A DNA stretch of 64,000 bases, from the IMG/VR virus record IMGVR_UViG_3300009128_000003, positions 51,051 to 115,050 of that record; one strand, 5' to 3'. Both the position numbers and the translations under genes were made by a program. Shown here in pieces: positions 34,531 to 46,400 of this stretch. The number at the start of each line of letters is the position of its first letter. Position 1 is the stretch's first letter. This DNA is from a virus. Under the pieces are notes generated by a model. The model made no database searches. It saw only the letters and a program-made list of their open reading frames with translations, and was not told the DNA's origin.

Positions 34531-35964
34531 TTATACATCCATCTTCAATTTGAATGTATAGCTTTGATCTTCTTTTTTTAAAATTGGATTTGAAAGTGTT
34601 GCCAATCCAATTAAATTCTTGCTTTTGTCATATACTCCGATGCGCGAAATGTATACCTGCCTTTCGAACGAAGACGTATAATCAAAATTATTGGTCGTGC
34701 CGAAGCTTGAGCTAACGGTGTTCTTCATCAGCAGATTTGGATTTTCTTGATATACATGAGATGACGTGTAGTTAACTTTCTCTTGTCCAAATTTTAGAAA
34801 AGTTGGATTATTGGAATAGTTTGCCTCGCCGCGGCGCGCATGCGCAAAAAGTGTCATCACCTGAGTTTCGGTATTGCCCTTAAAGGACATGTCGAAGGAG
34901 ACATTGGCAAATGTTGAGTCTATGCCACCAGAACCTTTCACGGTCCCGTCATTTGCTCCAACGCCCCAATAGATCCATTTGGGTTTGACCGCGGAGGCAT
35001 CAATTAGCCTTGCAGTTTGATCGCTCATATCCCACGAGCCAGTTAAAATAACGATTCCTTCGTCATACATAACAACCCCAGCACAACTTCCACTGTATCC
35101 GAGTACGCCCGTTCCATCGTCAGTATCTGATTGTTGAATAAGCTCTCCGTTGCGACGATCATCTCTTAACTCGGCAACTAACGAGCCTGTCCAGTAGAAT
35201 TTCAAGGAGACGGTGCCGGGTTCAATTTTCGTTCCATAGAAAATAGATGGAATGTGAATCATATTAAGGGTTTGAGTGTCTTTGTCCCAAGTGGGTCCCT
35301 TCACAATATATTGCTGGCTTCTGGCGCCGTAAAAGTTTAAGCGATTCCGTAACGCGACGTAGTGCTTATTGTAGACCCCTGCTGAAGAGGAGGGGGTTTC
35401 GATATACTCGCGTGTAATGGACGAGGACAGAGGATATTGGAACGATTGGACTGCGCCGTAGGAATATTCAGTATTATATGAAACTGGCGCTACTGTTTTG
35501 AAGGACGAGCGGGCGCTGTCTTTTGAAATATATGCGTATATCGTGCCGTTGTTTGGCAAGAATGTGACGGGCTCGGTGGTGTCGTCATAGGCTTGCTTCA
35601 ATGCATTATAGCTTGCGGATGAATGAAGCCCCATAACGCCGCCGGGGTAGCCGAACGCTACCGGACCCTCGATCACTGCAGCGGTCTTTCCGCCGCCGGC
35701 GATGTTTCGGTTCGCCCAGTTCGATCTTCCCACGTTACCTGAATGGGGGCGATCTATGTTGTATTCATATAGACTAACGAAGCCGCGAGGGACATTCTTT
35801 ACTGTGCGTGCTTGCGAGCCCGTGTTCCGGTTGCCGGAGGATCCCGTCACTAACGACTCGTTATTATAGTATACGTAAGTGTCGAAAATGAAAAACTTAT
35901 TATGCGGCTGCGCCTTCATCGTGTTAAGAAAGAAGTCGTTTTCTCCTATCTTGCGGAACGCCAT
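34531..35964 (-). CDS. Virion structural protein (baseplate/tail region)
   Basis: C-terminal NYSNNPT...YISRIGVYD..NLIGLATLSNPILK, paralog of the next gene. Confidence 0.65.
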   Translation of the reverse strand: MAFRKIGENDFFLNTMKAQPHNKFFIFDTYVYYNNESLVTGSSGNRNTGSQARTVKNVPRGFVSLYEYNIDRPHSGNVGRSNWANRNIAGGGKTAAVIEGPVAFGYPGGVMGLHSSASYNALKQAYDDTTEPVTFLPNNGTIYAYISKDSARSSFKTVAPVSYNTEYSYGAVQSFQYPLSSSITREYIETPSSSAGVYNKHYVALRNRLNFYGARSQQYIVKGPTWDKDTQTLNMIHIPSIFYGTKIEPGTVSLKFYWTGSLVAELRDDRRNGELIQQSDTDDGTGVLGYSGSCAGVVMYDEGIVILTGSWDMSDQTARLIDASAVKPKWIYWGVGANDGTVKGSGGIDSTFANVSFDMSFKGNTETQVMTLFAHARRGEANYSNNPTFLKFGQEKVNYTSSHVYQENPNLLMKNTVSSSFGTTNNFDYTSSFERQVYISRIGVYDKSKNLIGLATLSNPILKKEDQSYTFKLKMDV

Positions 35965-35966
35965 TT

Positions 35967-37115
35967 TTAGTAATCCAATCTAACTCTTAGCGTGATCTCG
36001 TTCGTAGGATCTTTTCGAAGCGGCTCTGAAAGCTTAGCGACCGCCAAGAGTTCGTTGCTAGCATTATACAGACCCACGGTTGTAATGTAGCTAATTGGTG
36101 GATCTGACGCCTTTTCTTTCACTCTGATTTTACTTGCGCTAGTATATGTGGGGTTCGAGCTATAGTTATACTTGTTGTGCGGAACGCGGCAGAAGTAAAT
36201 CTTAGAGTTGATCTCGGTTGTATTGTTAAACGAGATGTTTTGGATTCTCTCACGCACAATGTCGCACGAACCTGTAATGGTTCCCGTAACCATTGTTTGA
36301 ATGGCTGTGTAGGTGGCGCCGCCCATCGATTCAGAGACTATGGCTGTCGGAATTTGATTCGGTTGCCGGGGGGCGCCGGTGGATCCTGTTCCAAATACCG
36401 AGCTAGTTAATACAATAACTCCTGCCTGATACCATATGTTGCCTACCGCTATTCCTGTTGTACTGTATTGAGAACCAGACACATATAGGACGCCGTAGTC
36501 ACCGCCGGGGAGTCCGGACTTGTAGCCTCCGCTATCGCCGGACGAGGCGGAAGCATCGATAAGCGTGATAGAATATGCAGATGCGGTGGGATAATTCGAG
36601 CCAGCATTCCTGTGAGATCCTGTGCCGAGCGTCATGCTGAAGGTGCCTTTCTTAATTTGCTCTTTCATAAGAAGGCGCGATAGCGTAACGAAATAGCACG
36701 ATGTCATCTGCGCAGAATTGTCGCTGATATTCAAGTCGCTCTCAAAAATCTCAACAGTGTTGTTGCTGCCCGTATATCCCAAAAGTACTTGAGAGAATTG
36801 GTTATACATGTTGATCTTTTTGGCGACCTGTACGCCACTATAGCGCGCTGACGCAGAGAGAGTTTGCGCTGAGCCTGTCACAGCGGCTCCCTCATCAAAG
36901 CCGCAAGTAACATCAAAGAGATGGTTAGCCGAGGAGCTTAGATAAGGATAGTCGTAAGTCGACTGGAACATCCCGTGAGAATAGTTTTTGATGTTAAGAT
37001 CACTGTAGGTGCCCGAAACAATTGTGCCCGTCAGCGGTATTACTTCGTGTAATAGCGTCCGGGTTGTCGTGACATCTGTGTTTGTGTCGATATTTTCATA
37101 ATTCTGTACAGGCAT
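35967..37115 (-). CDS. Virion structural protein (baseplate/tail region)
   Basis: NYSSNPT...YITTVGLYNASNELLAVAKLSEPLRK C-terminus. Confidence 0.65.
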   Translation of the reverse strand: MPVQNYENIDTNTDVTTTRTLLHEVIPLTGTIVSGTYSDLNIKNYSHGMFQSTYDYPYLSSSANHLFDVTCGFDEGAAVTGSAQTLSASARYSGVQVAKKINMYNQFSQVLLGYTGSNNTVEIFESDLNISDNSAQMTSCYFVTLSRLLMKEQIKKGTFSMTLGTGSHRNAGSNYPTASAYSITLIDASASSGDSGGYKSGLPGGDYGVLYVSGSQYSTTGIAVGNIWYQAGVIVLTSSVFGTGSTGAPRQPNQIPTAIVSESMGGATYTAIQTMVTGTITGSCDIVRERIQNISFNNTTEINSKIYFCRVPHNKYNYSSNPTYTSASKIRVKEKASDPPISYITTVGLYNASNELLAVAKLSEPLRKDPTNEITLRVRLDY

Positions 37116-37131
37116 TTATAAACTCCTAATT

Positions 37132-38133
37132 TTAACTAACGTTCCTGATAATTCTAGCCGGCAATTGGATCACGGCAGATGTGTTGTTGCCGACAACGTA
37201 AACAACCGTATCTATATAATCGTAGGTGTCGGAGCCTCCGAATGGCGTGGCACTGATTACTCCATAATCATTATAAAGAGAGGATCTCGTGTCCGTGGAT
37301 CCCAATTCGCTCACGGTGTTGAAGACCACGCCACCGATGGTCCCTTTGGGTCCGTTGAGGGCACTCCACTGAGAAGCCCCTGATGATGTGTCTGTTATCG
37401 CGTCGGTTATGCCGGGGACAGTAAAGTTGTTGTAATTGGCTAGACCCGTCGCGGCGACACCGCTGATGCTGCCAGCGCCTACGGATAGGTTTGCCACGAG
37501 ATTATCCTCAAAATCGTTTGTAAAAGTGCTATTGGCGGCGAGTCCGGCGACTGACGCGATAAAGCGACCGTCTACTTGAACCGTAAAACTGCTATCTACC
37601 ATGTCGGTTGACACCAAAAACTTGCTGCGATTTGCCGCAGTAGATGCCAGCTTCGAGTTATTGATACCAGATTCGAACAAAATAATTCTACCGTCTCTCT
37701 GCGGCGTACCGGTGGCTTTTGAAATATACTTAGTATTGCCAATGCTGGTGGCGAGAGCTAGCTTGTTTGCTGTTGCTTGGTTGGTGGCAACATAATAAAC
37801 ACTTCCGGTCTTGAATACTGCCAGATCTGGAAGCAGTTCATTCATGTCAATTGCTGGCATATAAAGTAGCTGGGTATTTGTGATAGACAGTAGACCATAG
37901 TTGATGTTAGAGTTCATCTGGGTAGTCGCCTCTAATACGGGCGTCTGAAGTATCTCTAAGTCATAGTATGCCGAGCCTGATGGGTGATTCTTGTTATAGG
38001 TTGTATAGTTGATTTCATCATCGCCTAGGGCAAATTTCGAAATGCCAAAGTTGCCGTTTGCCATTCGTTTGCGACCGGTCTCAGTTAATACTGCATCAAG
38101 TATGATGTCGCCGGAGTTATCCAAAAAAGCCAT
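37132..38133 (-). CDS. Virion structural protein (baseplate/tail region)
   Basis: IILDAVLTETGRKRMA..F.ISKFALGDDEINY N-terminus. Confidence 0.65.
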   Translation of the reverse strand: MAFLDNSGDIILDAVLTETGRKRMANGNFGISKFALGDDEINYTTYNKNHPSGSAYYDLEILQTPVLEATTQMNSNINYGLLSITNTQLLYMPAIDMNELLPDLAVFKTGSVYYVATNQATANKLALATSIGNTKYISKATGTPQRDGRIILFESGINNSKLASTAANRSKFLVSTDMVDSSFTVQVDGRFIASVAGLAANSTFTNDFEDNLVANLSVGAGSISGVAATGLANYNNFTVPGITDAITDTSSGASQWSALNGPKGTIGGVVFNTVSELGSTDTRSSLYNDYGVISATPFGGSDTYDYIDTVVYVVGNNTSAVIQLPARIIRNVS

Positions 38134-38152
38134 TTATTATTTCCTCTCTTTC

Positions 38153-38162
38153 ATAAATAGTT
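38153..38162 (-). promoter_or_regulatory. Putative phage late-promoter motif
   Basis: AACTATTTAT about 20 nt upstream of the 38133 start. Confidence 0.5.
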
Positions 38163-38204
38163 GGTATTTTGTTTGTTCTACTTATATAAGTACATTTCTT
38201 TGCT

Positions 38205-39233
38205 CTACGTACCGGCATATCTAGTGATCCTTATCGGTATTTGAAGCCGGGCGTTACTCGACAGCCCTTCAATGTATATAGTAGTATCAATATAATCGTA
38301 CAAATTGCCGTCGCTAAAAAGATCGGAGCTTCTTGTACCAAAAATATAATAGGAGTCGTCAGCGGTTGTTGTCGAGTCTCCACATAGTTCATTGAAAATG
38401 TTAAAATTAAGTGCTATTACTGTGCCGCGGGGACCTATGAGGGCTGAATTGGCATTCCTCACACTTGTGCCGGTACCGCTATTGCCGCCAAATATTTCAG
38501 TGTCTACTGCAGGAATCCTGTAACTCTCATAGTAATCTACGACTGGTGCTAATGATACTTTGATGTTCCTTTGTAGGGGTTCGAAGTTCATGTATAGATT
38601 ATTGGAAGCGTCGGTCTTAAAATATGAACCTTGGGGTTGACTTAGGACGTTCTCAACAAATCTTGAATCGACAGAAATAATGAAGTATGAATCATATAGG
38701 TTCATCTGCGTCACATATCTTTCTTTTGCCAATTTGTCGTCTGGGATCGATGTTGTCCCCAAAATGTTTATTCCTGACTCAATTAAAAGCTTGGTTTTCA
38801 ACTCAGAATTGCTTTCTAAAATATATTTATCCGAAGCCAGCGCTGTACTCAACTTGAGTTTTTCTGTGGTTTCATCATTCACTGACAGATAGTATCTCCC
38901 CACTTTGTGATCCGGGTAGGGGGTTGCTGATTCTGCTACTCTGTCATGATTTACAACAACCTCGGGCACGAAATAAATATCCAAACGTCCGTAATCTATA
39001 AGTCCGTGCAAAATTGCCGCGTTTTGTCCTGCAAACGCTTCCAAAACTGGAGTATTTTCGATGTTCGTCTGAGCGCTAAAGCTGTCTCCGGGCGCCCACA
39101 AGCCATAATCAATTTCGTCGTCTCCCATGGCGAATTTAGCAACTTTAAAGTCCCCTTGGACCATTCTTTTTCTGCCGATGTCGGTCAACACTGCGTCCAA
39201 TATGATGGTGTATGATGTGTCCTGAAAAGCCAT
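38205..39233 (-). CDS. Virion structural protein, paralog of 37132..38133
   Basis: IILDAVLTDIGRKRMV..F.VAKFAMGDDEIDY; shared GP.GT and YDYIDT..Y motifs. Confidence 0.65.
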   Translation of the reverse strand: MAFQDTSYTIILDAVLTDIGRKRMVQGDFKVAKFAMGDDEIDYGLWAPGDSFSAQTNIENTPVLEAFAGQNAAILHGLIDYGRLDIYFVPEVVVNHDRVAESATPYPDHKVGRYYLSVNDETTEKLKLSTALASDKYILESNSELKTKLLIESGINILGTTSIPDDKLAKERYVTQMNLYDSYFIISVDSRFVENVLSQPQGSYFKTDASNNLYMNFEPLQRNIKVSLAPVVDYYESYRIPAVDTEIFGGNSGTGTSVRNANSALIGPRGTVIALNFNIFNELCGDSTTTADDSYYIFGTRSSDLFSDGNLYDYIDTTIYIEGLSSNARLQIPIRITRYAGT

Positions 39234-42010
39234 TAGTAGCTGCTCTCTCTTATTCTATATGTAATATTAAGATCTATTTTCTTGCCAGTTTTTTTAGAGG
39301 TTAGGCGCACTTTGAAGGGTGTGTCCCAGATCGTATCATCAACACCTGTTCCAATCTTTACGTTCTCCAATTGAGTTGATGCTTCTTGCTCATAGTCAAC
39401 TTCGGAATCGTCCATAAATATGTGTCGGGCGTTCGGAATAATTCTCATTAATTTTTTAAATGGTTCGGAAACTACCGCGTCATCAGACTGAGTGAGTTCT
39501 GTCTCATATAATACATTAAATTTGGAATATTTGTAGCCCCCATCATTAACTAATTCTGCTACATGTATCGGCGATATAAGACCGCTGATTCCGTGTTCGT
39601 TTAGAAACCTAAATAAATAATAGTATTTCTTGTTGGCTCGTATTTTTTCTTCGTAGAAGCAATTGGTTTTTGTGCTTCCGTACATTGTTACCGATAGATC
39701 TTTGGTTGCAACGAGTTTTCCAGCAAAGTCCGAAATAGATGCGGGCTTCTTGTCGATCCTATAAACCTCTAAAGACGACGCTCTTGAAACTGAGCGGAAT
39801 TGAGCATTTTCGGAATCCAGCAGGTTATACGAACGTAGATAATCTTGCTTATATTGCTCCTCTTGTGTTGGATCTATGGACGTCGGAAAAAGAGATGGCG
39901 TGAACGACTCAAGGTTAGCATAAAATCCTATTATTTGAGAATCGTCCATCCTTTGGTAGGGTGTAATATCCGGCGCGGATGGCATGTGATCCAAAATTGT
40001 AATTGTCTTGCTCGCCACTTCCACTTCCATTATTTTCCACGAAGGCTCAAGACTTAGATAGAAATCTGCCATATACCTGTTTTCGCTTAGCACTTGTGCA
40101 TTGGTACTAAATGCATTTGCGACAATAAGCGGGTTCTCATCAGCCGCCACATACAGTTGCGGGGATGCAGCACCATTTGACAAGTTAAAAAACTCTAGAC
40201 AATGGTCGGCTCCTGTTGCAACTTGCACGAAGCTGTTGAAATAGTCTTCGCCATGTGCATGAGAAACAGCATCACGCGTCGCATCATTCTCGCCGAGGGC
40301 TTCCAACTCTAACCCAAGGGCTGACGCCACTTTTGATAATGTGTGATCTGCGTCGCCTATCAAACGAGTCCCCAATAGATTAGTATATCGATAGTTATAG
40401 CCCTTCACAAGCACATAAGCATATGTGGTATATGTATACGTCTCGCCGTAACGAACTTGTGTGTCATAGTACGATACCCTGTTGGGGTGGGGGTTAGACA
40501 GAAAAACATTTTGAACGAAGGCTCCCCTAGTGGCGTTAGTTTTCGCTATTCTATATGCGAGAGTGTCCGCGGACACGGAGGCTTCTGCCATGGCTAAAAA
40601 GTCGACATAATTTATCGTGGATCCGCCGACACACGCTAATGGTTCCGAGTTCATTTCAGCGACTGCTGCGCTTAACACAGCAAACGCTGTTGTGCTTTTG
40701 GCGAAGCGGTAGGCGCCGTTAAAATTTCTTAGCATTAAAGTCTCTGGTGTCAAAGGCTCAAACAAATATTGATCGCTCAAAGCGCTAAAAGATGCCATAT
40801 TGGCGCAATTAAGCAGGAATTCTAAGTAATCAACACTACGATATGATACATTTCGTGTCTGCCCAAAGGGAATGATGGATCCGTCTACCAGCGCATCGTT
40901 CTCGATAAGTGCTGTGGTTGGGTAGTCTTCGACCGAGGTGGATTGGATAGCGGTCGATTCAAAGTGCGCACGGAGATTCGACAAAAACATATCCTCAAAT
41001 CCTAAACCTGCAAAGGTGCTTCGCATGGTATTATCCCCGATAGCAGGAATATCCATCGAAACATAGAAGGGTGCCCTGTTCACTGCGTTATCCTCCATGA
41101 CTGTCTGGTTATACTGTCCTTGTGCTTCCTCATTAAATAAAAAGTTCGAGAATCGACCGGTGATATAATCGAAAGTGGCGCCTGATAGCTCGCTGTTCGG
41201 GAGAGTGCCTGTCAAATAATCTCGCGCATTTCTAGTGGCGTCACGATAAAGGAAGGTGCCCCTGGGGAGATCAACCCCCGCTATTGACCTTGCGCTCATC
41301 ACATAAGGTGGTGGGTAAGTCCCGAAGTAATCCTCAAGTATATCATGTGGATCAACAGAGAGGCTGTTGCCGGCGGTGACAAAATCTGTAAGTTCTTCGT
41401 CAAAGTTATCAGTTTCATATTTTTGCCTATACATTTCTAAAATATAGAAATTGGGGATCAGTAAATCACTGTCTAAACCTTGTACATAAGTTTCATATTG
41501 TGGATAGTAGTCTTGATAGTTACATTTTATGTCGTAATAATCATAGTCTGCATAGTTTTCCGGCGTTATGTTTTTTGCGTCGAGCTTCGAATATGGCACT
41601 TCCATCGTAAAATTGTGCGCGTCGAAGGTGCCGTTGGATAAGATTCCATCATATGAAGATGTGCCATAAGTGCCTCCTGCCAAAATTGCAGCCCAGTGTA
41701 CGTCATCCTTAACTATATCAGGGTTGCCAATTACGCGGACTGGAATCCTGTAGTTCGGCGCAATAGAATCAGCAGAAGCCGTGGTCCACGGCGCCTCGGG
41801 ATGCATATCAAACTCACTTGAGTGTGCCGGCGTGACTGTCGTACCTGTGTCTGTGGAAGGTGTTTCGCTGTATATCAACGACGATCCATAGTCGGCTTCG
41901 TCTTCTGAAGACATTACGTGCCAATAACCACCGATCATATTCCTAGTCTTATCTTGCGAGCCAGAGACAAGATTGGTGTCAATGGTCGTTATTTTAATGT
42001 ATTCACTCAC
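39233..42010 (-). CDS. Large putative virion protein
   Basis: 925-aa ORF in the tail module; YYDTQVRYGETYTY and KKYYYLFR beta-sandwich-like motifs. Confidence 0.55.
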   Translation of the reverse strand: MSEYIKITTIDTNLVSGSQDKTRNMIGGYWHVMSSEDEADYGSSLIYSETPSTDTGTTVTPAHSSEFDMHPEAPWTTASADSIAPNYRIPVRVIGNPDIVKDDVHWAAILAGGTYGTSSYDGILSNGTFDAHNFTMEVPYSKLDAKNITPENYADYDYYDIKCNYQDYYPQYETYVQGLDSDLLIPNFYILEMYRQKYETDNFDEELTDFVTAGNSLSVDPHDILEDYFGTYPPPYVMSARSIAGVDLPRGTFLYRDATRNARDYLTGTLPNSELSGATFDYITGRFSNFLFNEEAQGQYNQTVMEDNAVNRAPFYVSMDIPAIGDNTMRSTFAGLGFEDMFLSNLRAHFESTAIQSTSVEDYPTTALIENDALVDGSIIPFGQTRNVSYRSVDYLEFLLNCANMASFSALSDQYLFEPLTPETLMLRNFNGAYRFAKSTTAFAVLSAAVAEMNSEPLACVGGSTINYVDFLAMAEASVSADTLAYRIAKTNATRGAFVQNVFLSNPHPNRVSYYDTQVRYGETYTYTTYAYVLVKGYNYRYTNLLGTRLIGDADHTLSKVASALGLELEALGENDATRDAVSHAHGEDYFNSFVQVATGADHCLEFFNLSNGAASPQLYVAADENPLIVANAFSTNAQVLSENRYMADFYLSLEPSWKIMEVEVASKTITILDHMPSAPDITPYQRMDDSQIIGFYANLESFTPSLFPTSIDPTQEEQYKQDYLRSYNLLDSENAQFRSVSRASSLEVYRIDKKPASISDFAGKLVATKDLSVTMYGSTKTNCFYEEKIRANKKYYYLFRFLNEHGISGLISPIHVAELVNDGGYKYSKFNVLYETELTQSDDAVVSEPFKKLMRIIPNARHIFMDDSEVDYEQEASTQLENVKIGTGVDDTIWDTPFKVRLTSKKTGKKIDLNITYRIRESSY

Positions 42011-42768
42011 GCAGAACTCCCATAATCGGCGCCCATTCTTTCAAGTGACAGAGTTACATTCTGATCTCCTTCAGAAACTGCGAAAGCAGCCAAATTTGAC
42101 GTTCTTAACATTAAAGATTTCGCTTTAGAAAAGTGGAGATCTCGACTGGGGAAAGTTTGGAGAACTTCTATCGCTAAAGAGCGCATTTTCTCGGATATTA
42201 CTTCTTCAAAGGTGGAGCCCGGGACGCCACCAAATCTGTCTATCAAACCTTGCACTTCTTCGGGAGTATACTCCACCCTCCACTCATCAGCAGCCTCATA
42301 ATAAGAAGGTGTCGGCGTTAGAAAAGTTGCCCCGCCGGATGAATCTTCGGCAGCAAAGTTTTGAACTGCGGCGACATTCCTAAACATTTCGTATTGGTAC
42401 GCTTCGGTAAACGTTTGGGCGCCCATTATCTCATAATTGCAAATCCCAATAGCTTCGTTGCCCAAACCCTGCAGGATTGTATCAAATTGATTTTCACCAG
42501 TCAGAGCTTCAGTAAATAGATCATCGGTTGCGTCCTGATTATACCAAACAGGCTCTACAGAATTCGGCTTAATAAGCCCATCACTATCGAGACTATTCGC
42601 AGTAACTGTAAATAAAAGGCAAAATTCGCTCTCTGGCACTACGGTCTTGCGGGATTGGTATCTCAGTTCAGTGCTGGGGTCGACAGCGACGTCGCGGAGA
42701 ATGCCCTCCGAACTCCTTGGGGTGTAGCCGTCGCCACCACCGACTTCAGCTTCGTATTCACTAGTCAC
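42007..42768 (-). CDS. Hypothetical protein
   Basis: 253-aa ORF with GTG start, abuts neighbours. Confidence 0.55.
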   Translation of the reverse strand: MTSEYEAEVGGGDGYTPRSSEGILRDVAVDPSTELRYQSRKTVVPESEFCLLFTVTANSLDSDGLIKPNSVEPVWYNQDATDDLFTEALTGENQFDTILQGLGNEAIGICNYEIMGAQTFTEAYQYEMFRNVAAVQNFAAEDSSGGATFLTPTPSYYEAADEWRVEYTPEEVQGLIDRFGGVPGSTFEEVISEKMRSLAIEVLQTFPSRDLHFSKAKSLMLRTSNLAAFAVSEGDQNVTLSLERMGADYGSSA

Positions 42769-42771
42769 TTC

Positions 42772-43353
42772 TTATGCCCCTCCGTATCTTGTAAAGTTTC
42801 TCAATGTGGGCTGACGTGGATCTTCGGTTATCTTATTCATGTCATAAGCTATAGATATTAAATTCGGCACAGTTTCGGCTGACGCGATTGCTTCCATTTG
42901 AGTTTGTTTTCTTATGGGGGGCGCGTCATCGAGCACATATATAGGATCGTTTAAATTGGGAAACATCGGTCCTAATGTTATTTTTCTTTTTTGAATATTT
43001 GTATATTGTGACGGATTCAAAATATTTGGATTGTCTAACGTTTCCGTGTCCAGTTGAGATGCGATCAGCGAGAAATCTATTTTGTTTCGATTTGTGTGAG
43101 TTGTGAGTGAAATGCCGGCTATCTGTAGAACTCCGGATGCTAAATTTTGAACGCTGACGTTCGGATTGCTGTTGTTTTTTAGTCCCGCCCGTTGCATTCG
43201 TTTGTTAATTTTTCTAATCGTCAATTGGTCAAAGTCGTGGGCTGGCGAATAGACTTGACCGTCGATCACCTGAAGATTGTTAGCGTTCTTTATGCGCCGA
43301 CGACTGCTTTTGCTTTGTAGGAGTCCGGAGCTTAAAGTTGTGGAGAGTCCCAT
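42772..43353 (-). CDS. Hypothetical protein
   Basis: 193-aa ORF, preceded by SD and a CTATTTAT motif. Confidence 0.55.
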   Translation of the reverse strand: MGLSTTLSSGLLQSKSSRRRIKNANNLQVIDGQVYSPAHDFDQLTIRKINKRMQRAGLKNNSNPNVSVQNLASGVLQIAGISLTTHTNRNKIDFSLIASQLDTETLDNPNILNPSQYTNIQKRKITLGPMFPNLNDPIYVLDDAPPIRKQTQMEAIASAETVPNLISIAYDMNKITEDPRQPTLRNFTRYGGA

Positions 43354-43410
43354 TTAAAAAATTCCTTTTCAACAATAAATAGAAAGCTGTACAATTTATA
43401 AAACTTATTA

Positions 43411-46400
43411 TTAGGTGCCATATGGTGCAGTAAATTTATAACCGGCGAAGGTCCGCCAATCTGGTTCCGCCTCGATATTTTCCCACAAGCTCTGGTCCGC
43501 ATCATAGAATGAGGATTTGGTCTTGCCAAAAAGTCCGCGGCGTGACGCACCCTCGAAGGCATTGGTTCGCTTACAGCCGGCGCGTAAGACATAGTAATTA
43601 TAACGACTGTCCGTTAGTTGTGCTTGATCGTCGATCTTCTGACCACTATTTTCTTCAGAACCCTCTATGTCGGCTCCACCGGTGCCGGGCTCTCCCGTAG
43701 GCACAGTGATTGTGGCAGTCGTGTAGATCAGTGGCGCGAGATCGCCGCCGTATGCGGTTCCGCCTTCAGTCGCGCGCGCATACCACATAATGGTATATGT
43801 AATGCCGGGATAAAGCCACACTGTGCGGTATTTTTCTGTGCTTGGTCTACATTTGTTACCATCGTAATCCCAATTACTATTATACAGGTAAATCCCGGTT
43901 GCGTCGGCTTTGTCGCGACCGTAAGGGGAGCATATTTGCTCCAGCGTGGCAGCGGTTGAGGCGGTGGCGTTTTCGCCATTGGGAAGCTCTTGAAGTCCGC
44001 CAACAGGCGTAATCCTAATGTATCCATCAGAATCGTGATCGGTGCTGTGCTTGGGGATCTGTTTAAATCCAAATGCCATCTTGACCATCTTTAGACCGCC
44101 GCGGGTGAACGGCGTCACGGCGCCGCCTTGGTCATCTTCTCCGAAGATATCGTCAGGGTCGACGTCGCCCACGACCAGCTCGGTAGGCATGGTGCTAATT
44201 TGGGCACCAACCGGCATGTCGGTCTTCAATTCCGGGAGCGGAAAATATGTTTTTCCGGCGCCGCCGAAGATTGTGCGCGAGTTGCGCAACCCCTCAGCAT
44301 GTGCTGGTAGTCCCTCTGGATTGGAGGGTTCATAGTTTATGTTGTATAGCTCTTCTATCTTCTCTCTAAACGTTTTTACGTCCTCCAATCTTCCTGTAGT
44401 TGGATTTATGCCTTCACTTTCGCGAATAGCAGCATCGATTATCTTATCGAAGCTTCCGCCAAATGCATCCGTTAGTAGATCAACATGAAAATAATATATA
44501 ACTGGCGCCATAATCCATGGGGCTTGTTCAGGTTCCTCTGAGTTTTGTTGTTCCATGGCTGTCTGAAAAAATGTGTTGAAGTTGCCATCAACGTTGTTGT
44601 AGCTGCAAAATTCATATGCAGCATCATAATACTCAATGAACGTGTCTCTCATTGACATATATTGAGAAATAAGCAAGTCATAGACGTCTTTCGTTTTATC
44701 TTCCACGACAACCGAGAACATCAAATAATCGTTGAAGGTTGGTTCATAGTCGTAATCAGTGCGCTGGTTTTTTGATAACTCTTGGAACTCAAATGCCATG
44801 AGGCGGTACGGCTCTCCGTCGATTGTTAGCTTATCGAAAAAATCAAAATTCCTTATGAAATCGTGAGTCGTGTGTGTGGTGCCGGCGGTTACCCCAAATA
44901 TCTCGACATCATCTTCTACGCCGTCGATATTTTCCCGTAAGAAATGAGGCAGCGCGCTGATGTTGCGGTCTTCCGTATATTGTATTGACCCCCAAGTGCC
45001 CCCTCCATACTCGTTTTTGTACTCTGAGTTTGTATAATTTCTATAATATTTCACGGTGGGGTACAGGTTGACATCGGCGTCGGTCTCGCCGGAAAATGCT
45101 TCGGCGCTAAAGTCAAACGCGTCAGTGTCATATATTGTTAAACACTGGTTAACTGCTACCGTGGGGGGGATCTCGGTGACTTCCGAAAAGTTTGTGTTGT
45201 TGCCCCATGGGTTGGATGGGTCGGGACCCACCGAGGGGGTGCCCGCATCCGGGGAGGGGCAGTCCGACTCATGTCGCGTAAGTTTACCGCCCCAGCCGAG
45301 GAAGTATGTATTTATATTATCTAAAATACGCTTGCGCGCATGTAATGTGTGCATCAAATTGAAACAAGAATTTAGCACCCCTCGTCCGAAATAGGCATCT
45401 ATCTTTTTAACCCCATTGTGAAAAATGCGGGCGATGTTTGATGTTTTCCTGAGCGCTCTTTCATAATCAAAAAACCAGTATCCGTTTATGTAAATATTCT
45501 GCTTGTTCTCGCCGGTGGCATGGGCATATCGACCTATGTGCAGTCCGTATTTGTTAATTTGCATAAGATCCGTATTAATAAAGTTGTGCTCTAATTCTGG
45601 CGCGCCGATCTCTATGTCCTCGTCTGCCGGTGGTTGCCACGTGAGCGGCTCAGTTGAGCGATAGTCCATTACTACCGCACTTTTAATCAGCTTTTTCATC
45701 AGCACGGTGCCTCTTTTAACTGCGTTGTCTGCGTTATAAAGCATCACTTTGAAACTTTGATATATCTTGCCGGGGGCGGTAGCTGTACTCGTGTCCGGAA
45801 ACGTTTTTCGGAAGACATCCAGTCGAGGCAAAAGCTCGGGACTATCTCCATATTTTTCCAAAATATAGTTTAGGCTATCATATATGTCTTGTATTTGACT
45901 ATCTGACGATAGCCCTGTCCCCACAAACGCCTTAAACTTGCTCCTAATTTCTTCCAGCGTCACATCAACTGGGGCGTAATAAACGCTGTCAATCGCCTGA
46001 ATTGGTGTTTCATCATATTCTGACTGGTTCGGCAACACATAAATTGATATAGGGTCCGAGTCCACGACACCAAAATTTGTTACTTTCTCGTACGTTGCGT
46101 CGGACACTTTAGCATCATATAGCTTGCCTATGCCTTTGTTGGAGCGAGCAGCAGCCAAGAAGTCATAATTGGTGGAGGTAATGTCCAGATCGTGATGAGC
46201 AGTAAACGCCACCATACTAAGCTTGGGTATTCGGTGGAACTGTAGGATAAACTGATGCATCGAGGCGTCGTCAGTGGCAAGATCTAGACCGACCACGTAT
46301 TTATAAATGGGATTACCATTGGCGTTGTATATGGTTTCCGGAATAGAAGTAAAGCTGTCAAACGCAAATCTGTAAAAATTCTGCCTGTATGTTCCAAACG